From: Bacteroidota bacterium
GTDB taxonomy: Bacteria > Bacteroidota > Ignavibacteria > UBA10030 > SZUA-254
Length of the DNA stretch: 64,000 nucleotides
Reading direction: 5' to 3'
NCBI GenBank assembly: GCA_033854175.1
Contig: JAWOKN010000018.1
Location: 22,039-86,038, forward strand
Under the pieces are notes generated by a model that saw nothing but the letters and a program-made list of their open reading frames with translations, was not told where the DNA came from and ran no database searches. The position numbers were made by a program, and so were the translations under genes. Positions 59,736-64,000 of the stretch are shown piece after piece; within the stretch, counting starts at the first letter, position 1, and the number at the start of each line of letters is the position of its first letter.

Positions 59736-61025
59736 TTAACGCGCACAATTAAGGAATTTTAATGCCTCCCCGGCGACATAATGCGATCCGGTTATCAGCA
59801 CCGGCTCACCGGGCCTCCGCTCCGCAAATCCCATCCGGACACCGTTGTCCACCGTATGACCATCCACTCCCTTGAATCCTCTGGCGTGGAGGAATTTTAT
59901 AATTTCCCGGCTTCCGAGCGCACGGGGTGTCCGGGGTTCAACCGCAATGATCAACCGGCTGTGGCCGTACAAGTGTTCCAGCATACCACCGTAATCCTTG
60001 TCTTTCATCGCTCCGAATACCACCAGCCATCTGCCAGGCAGTACGTTACCCAGTGATGCCGTCGCCGCAGCCATTCCATGGGGGTTGTGGGCGACATCCA
60101 GAATGACGGGGGGATTTTTTTGAAGAATCTCAAGCCGCGCCCGAAGACCGGATAATCGGCGGATCTCCGATAAACCGCGTATCATGCTCCCGGCCGTGAG
60201 CCGGTTCCGGATGCCGCACGGGAGGAGCTCAACGGCCGAGAGCGCTGTTTCAACATTCTCCGCCTGATGGTCACCCGGAAGCTCTACCATCACCTCCGGC
60301 AGCTTGTGCCGGGGCGTCGTCAGGGATAGGAGAAGACCGTCCAAACCGCGCTGCAGGATTTCTGCCCGTACGAGATCCCTGCTCTGATGAAGTGCCGCCT
60401 GCCGTGACCGGGCAATCGCGCGTAACTGATGAAAAACAGACTTCATCCTCACCCCCGTAACCGCGGGAACACCCGGTTTTATGATCCCCCCCTTTTCACG
60501 GGCTATCGCATGCAGGGTCGTCCCGAGATATTCCATGTGATCGAGACCGATGTTGGTGATGACCGATACGAGCGGTTGTACGACGTTGGTGGCATCGAGT
60601 CTGCCCCCAAGACCTGTCTCAATCACCGCGATATCCACTCCGGCATCCCGGAAATATTCGAAGGCGATCGCCGTCGTCGCCTCGAAAAATGTCGCCCTGG
60701 TCTTCCGGATGACCGGTTCGAGTGCCCGGGTCAAGGTGACGACCGCATCAAGCGGAATCGGCTTGCCATCCACCCGGATCCGTTCGGAAAAATCTGCAAG
60801 GTGCGGTGACGTATAAAGACCCGTCCGGTATCCTGCCGCAGTCAGCATGGCCGCGAGCATGGAGGAGACCGATCCTTTTCCGTTCGTGCCGGCGATGTGA
60901 ATTGTCGGATACGATCTCTCCGGGTGACCGGTCACAGCAAGGAGCCTCGTGATGTTCTCCAAACCCGCTTTGATGCCGAAAAGCTGCAGGCCATAGAGGA
61001 AGCGTATGGCAGACGAGGATGTCAT
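59736..61025 (-). CDS. folC: bifunctional folylpolyglutamate synthase / dihydrofolate synthase
   Basis: Mur-ligase family P-loop (HIAGTNGKGS) and FolC C-domain. The track ORF (to 61190) overlaps pyrD; the start was moved to the internal ATG (MTSSSAIRFLYGLQLFGIK...), typical of FolC and located after the pyrD stop. Confidence 0.85.
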   Translation of the reverse strand: MTSSSAIRFLYGLQLFGIKAGLENITRLLAVTGHPERSYPTIHIAGTNGKGSVSSMLAAMLTAAGYRTGLYTSPHLADFSERIRVDGKPIPLDAVVTLTRALEPVIRKTRATFFEATTAIAFEYFRDAGVDIAVIETGLGGRLDATNVVQPLVSVITNIGLDHMEYLGTTLHAIAREKGGIIKPGVPAVTGVRMKSVFHQLRAIARSRQAALHQSRDLVRAEILQRGLDGLLLSLTTPRHKLPEVMVELPGDHQAENVETALSAVELLPCGIRNRLTAGSMIRGLSEIRRLSGLRARLEILQKNPPVILDVAHNPHGMAAATASLGNVLPGRWLVVFGAMKDKDYGGMLEHLYGHSRLIIAVEPRTPRALGSREIIKFLHARGFKGVDGHTVDNGVRMGFAERRPGEPVLITGSHYVAGEALKFLNCAR

Positions 61026-61050
61026 CGTTCTGTCATTCCGGGTGCGTGGT

Positions 61051-61995
61051 TCAGAGCCAGCTGTGGAGTACAGAATGTTCCCTGGAGATTTCAACGGAAC
61101 CGATGAGCTGCCGGACGGATCGAAGATTCCTTTCCTCGCAATATCTGAGGATGCCATCCGCAACCCTTGGAGCTGTTGCGGGATCGACAAAGTTCGCTGT
61201 CCCTATCTGGACAGCCGTGGCTCCGGCAAGCAGAAATTCAATCGCATCCTCGGCATGGACGATCCCACCGATGCCGATAATCGGAATCGCAACGGCCTGG
61301 GCGATCTCAAAGACCTTTGCGAGGGCGATCGGTTTTATCGCCGGACCCGAGAGTCCACCGGTCGCGGTCGACAGTTTCGGCCTCCGTGTCCGGATGTCGA
61401 TCGCCATGCCGATGACGGTGTTGATCACCGATACTGCATCGGCTCCTTCGTCTTTCACCGCACGGGCAAAATCGGAGATGTGGGTCACGTTCGGTGTGAG
61501 TTTGATGATCAATGCCCGTTTTGTCAGCGAGCGCACACTCTTGGTGATTTCCGCGGTCATGCGGCAATCGGTTCCAAAACTTAATCCGCCTTCCTTGACG
61601 TTGGGGCAGGAGACATTGATTTCATAGCCGTCAACTCCCTCCTGGGCCTCAAGGATCCTCACAACGGTGCAGTACTCATCAATGCTGCTTGCCGCAACAT
61701 TGACAATGATGCGCGTTGTGAGTCCGCGGAGGAACGGCAATTTTTCCTCGACAAACCTCTCGACACCGATGTTCGCAAGCCCGATCGAGTTCAACATCCC
61801 CCCGGTTGTCTCCGCTATGCGCGGCGGAGGGTTTCCATCTCTCGGCTTCAGGGAAAGGGACTTCGTGACGATCCCCCCCAGACGGTTCAGGTCGACAAGA
61901 TCCTTGCATTCGTCCCCGTACCCGAACGTCCCTGACGCGACGAGGACGGGGTTCTCAAACGTGACGTTACCGATGGTGATTTTCTGGTCGGTCAT
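61051..61995 (-). CDS. pyrD: dihydroorotate dehydrogenase (class 1B) catalytic subunit
   Basis: 314 aa TIM-barrel DHODH (NPVLVASGTFGYG; ...GGLSGPAIKPIAL...). Immediately follows pyrK. Confidence 0.9.
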   Translation of the reverse strand: MTDQKITIGNVTFENPVLVASGTFGYGDECKDLVDLNRLGGIVTKSLSLKPRDGNPPPRIAETTGGMLNSIGLANIGVERFVEEKLPFLRGLTTRIIVNVAASSIDEYCTVVRILEAQEGVDGYEINVSCPNVKEGGLSFGTDCRMTAEITKSVRSLTKRALIIKLTPNVTHISDFARAVKDEGADAVSVINTVIGMAIDIRTRRPKLSTATGGLSGPAIKPIALAKVFEIAQAVAIPIIGIGGIVHAEDAIEFLLAGATAVQIGTANFVDPATAPRVADGILRYCEERNLRSVRQLIGSVEISREHSVLHSWL

Positions 61996-62766
61996 TCAGG
62001 TTAAACGGATTGATGTCATGTCAAACACGGTGCCGTCCTTGCAGATCAGGGCGTACTTTTTAGGACCGCCGGCAAGTTCAACCGGACAGCCCTGACAGAT
62101 ACCGATTCCGCACGCCATCACGCTCTCCAGCGAAGCTTCGCCCGGAAGCGAGAATTCCTGCACGAGCCCCATGAGGGATTTTATCATCGGGGTCGGTCCG
62201 CATGCAAAAAGTTTTCTCCTCGCACCGGCCTTTTCCGTCGTGAGATACTGACGGAGACACTCCACGACGGTCCCATGAAATCCTTCCGTTCCGTCATCGG
62301 TCGCGGTGTGGAGATTGACGAGGTGATTCCCGACAATCTGATCTTGTGTCCTGGCGCCAAGGAACGTTTGAACCTCCTTCCCGCGGGAAAGAACGGCCTC
62401 GGTCAGAATCGGCAGCGGTGCAACGCCGAGTCCGCCGCCGAGAAGAAGCGCGGTGTCATACTCATCGTCGGTTCGAAATGGCACCCCCAGAGGGCCGAGA
62501 ATGTCAAGAGAATCCCCGGGTCGGACCTGGGAAAGAAGCGAGGTACCGATGCCGATGACACCGAAAAGAATTGTTATATCCGAACCCTCCCGGCGATAGA
62601 CGGAGAAGGGCCTGCGCAAGAAAGGAACGCCGAGTTCATTCACCTTGATGTTCAGAAACTGGCCTGGTTGCACGACAGCAGCGATGCGTGGAGCTTTGAG
62701 CGTGACACTACAGAGGTCCCTCCCGGCAGAGGCGACGCCAACAACGGGCGCGTGGGTCTGGATCAT
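61996..62766 (-). CDS. pyrK: dihydroorotate dehydrogenase electron transfer subunit
   Basis: 256 aa. FAD/NAD-binding ferredoxin-reductase fold (RRPFSV; GGGLGVAPL) and a C-terminal 2Fe-2S Cys cluster (CGIGICQGC). Confidence 0.85.
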   Translation of the reverse strand: MIQTHAPVVGVASAGRDLCSVTLKAPRIAAVVQPGQFLNIKVNELGVPFLRRPFSVYRREGSDITILFGVIGIGTSLLSQVRPGDSLDILGPLGVPFRTDDEYDTALLLGGGLGVAPLPILTEAVLSRGKEVQTFLGARTQDQIVGNHLVNLHTATDDGTEGFHGTVVECLRQYLTTEKAGARRKLFACGPTPMIKSLMGLVQEFSLPGEASLESVMACGIGICQGCPVELAGGPKKYALICKDGTVFDMTSIRLT

Positions 62767-62781
62767 CGAAGGTTTACAGGA

Positions 62782-63966
62782 TCATGGAGCGTTATCATCA
62801 GTTGTGTCTTCGGCGGTGGTGTCGGCATCTTCATCCGTCGTGTCCGTATCCTCATCCTGGACATCCTCCTCCTGCTCCTGACCGGCTTTCTGATTTTGTA
62901 TCACGGACTGGTTGGGAGGAATTTTCGGCGGAATGGCAGTTTTATCCGGTCTTGCACTCGGGATCTCTTCCTTGGGTTTCATGAGATCCTTGAGAGTCTC
63001 CGGATTCTCCTTCACGGCAAGTTTCGGCCTGACGATGGATGCGTAGATGCTTGTCGAATCGGTCTTCAGAATCTTTTTGTACCACACAGCCGCGCTGTCA
63101 TTGTTACCGAGTGTATTCTCGTAAATCCAGCCGACAGCATATGCGGCCTTCGACGAGAGAGCGTCACGGGGCTGTAGCGAGGCGATCTCCTTGAACTTCC
63201 GGAGCGCTTCGTCGGTCCGGCCGGCAATGAGCGTGCTCTCGGCTGTCGTGTATTTCATGGCAACCGGGGCTATCGTCGTATCGCTGATGTTCACACCCCC
63301 CGTCAGTGATTTCAACTTTCGGCCATACTCGGTGGCAGGGTACCGCGCCAGGATGATTTTATCGAGCGAGTCAGCTTTGCCGGAGTCGGCTGTCGTGCGG
63401 TAGACCTCGGCCAGAGCATAGTATGTCCGCGGAACGTAGCGGGATGTCGGATAATCATCGAGAATCTTCAAATACCAGTACTTCGCGGAATCGGGATCGT
63501 TGAGCTCGAGATAGAAGAGCGCGCCAAGCTCATAATATGACTGGGCGAGAAGCGAGTGGACGGAATCGACCGTGACACTGAGCATCTGGCCGGACGACCG
63601 CTGCTTCCCCAACCGCCGCAGGGAATCAGCCCTGGCTGAGTGTGATGTATCGTTTGGCGATAAGGAGGCTTCCGCAGGCGCCAGAGTATCATCATCATCA
63701 TTGACGAGATCCCTGTCCATATGCCTCCGCTGATACTCCTCGCTTCCTCCCCCGGCGGGAAATACCGATGGCGATGGATATCCCGGATTCACCCCCTCGG
63801 GCGGCCGGAAACCGGGCGTCAGCCGGCGGTCGGCTGCCATCAGTTCACTTTCGAGAGATGCGGTCTCCGTCGACGGAGGTATCGTTACGGTGTCGGTCAG
63901 GGCAAGAACCGTGTCCGAGGAATCCTTGTGAATGGCCGAATTGAACCGGTAGACAGCATCATTCAA
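62782..63966 (-). CDS. TPR-repeat protein with a long acidic Asp/Thr/Glu-rich C-terminal tail
   Basis: 394 aa from the track. The start codon at 63966 is non-ATG (TTG), so the true N-terminus is uncertain. TPR-like helices (AKYWYLKILDDYPTSRYVPRTYYALAEVY; AAYAVGWIYENTLGNNDSAAVWYKKI). C-terminal tail QEQEEDVQDEDTDTTDEDADTTAEDTTDD. Confidence 0.55.
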   Translation of the reverse strand: MNDAVYRFNSAIHKDSSDTVLALTDTVTIPPSTETASLESELMAADRRLTPGFRPPEGVNPGYPSPSVFPAGGGSEEYQRRHMDRDLVNDDDDTLAPAEASLSPNDTSHSARADSLRRLGKQRSSGQMLSVTVDSVHSLLAQSYYELGALFYLELNDPDSAKYWYLKILDDYPTSRYVPRTYYALAEVYRTTADSGKADSLDKIILARYPATEYGRKLKSLTGGVNISDTTIAPVAMKYTTAESTLIAGRTDEALRKFKEIASLQPRDALSSKAAYAVGWIYENTLGNNDSAAVWYKKILKTDSTSIYASIVRPKLAVKENPETLKDLMKPKEEIPSARPDKTAIPPKIPPNQSVIQNQKAGQEQEEDVQDEDTDTTDEDADTTAEDTTDDNAP

Positions 63967-64000
63967 GAGCGCGTACCGGTTAAAATCGGTTGTTTTCCGT

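Overview
All ~54 protein genes and 4 tRNAs in this 64-kb window lie on the minus strand; no plus-strand ORF looks real. The content is mostly core housekeeping from a Gram-negative bacterium of roughly mid-50s % GC. Lineage is probably FCB/Rhodothermus-like, because a 1465-aa protein ends in a T9SS C-terminal sorting domain and an NhaD-type antiporter sits inside a nuoJKLMN module.

Gene order from high to low coordinate:
- TPR protein, pyrK, pyrD, folC, rho
- OmpA with thrombospondin type 3 repeats; thiolase, hbd, acyl-CoA dehydrogenase; two small beta-barrel outer membrane proteins (OMPs) and a FadL-like OMP
- 2002-aa multi-PAS/GAF histidine kinase and a REC-DHp response regulator
- C-N hydrolase, asnS, ABC-2 transporter pair
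- nuoJ, nuoK, nuoL, nuoM, nhaD-like, nuoN
- nnr, vanZ-like, tgt, yajC, ribBA, greA
- tRNA-Gly, tRNA-Cys, tRNA-Leu, tRNA-Val, then thrS, infC, rpmI, rplT, pheS, pheT
- coiled-coil protein, zapA, a candidate structured RNA, rny, coaE, nadB, purF, pgsA, ftsY, dipeptide epimerase, mutL
- giant SBBP-repeat T9SS cargo, M50 protease, methylmalonyl-CoA-mutase-family large subunit, a partial UbiA-like gene

I found no CRISPR array, mobile element, rRNA or defence island. The most interesting items are:
- a possible 6S-like structured RNA between zapA and rny
- the partial nuo membrane-arm module with an embedded antiporter
- the giant soluble histidine kinase with an odd degenerate KaiC-like N-terminus and a REC-DHp partner
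- an AT-rich repeat-bearing island among the OMP genes
- near-identical 69-bp coding tandem repeats in the OmpA gene

Small-feature coordinates were placed by eye and may be off by 1-3 nt. CDS coordinates follow the supplied ORF track; starts were moved in 3-nt steps where homology or the sequence supported it.
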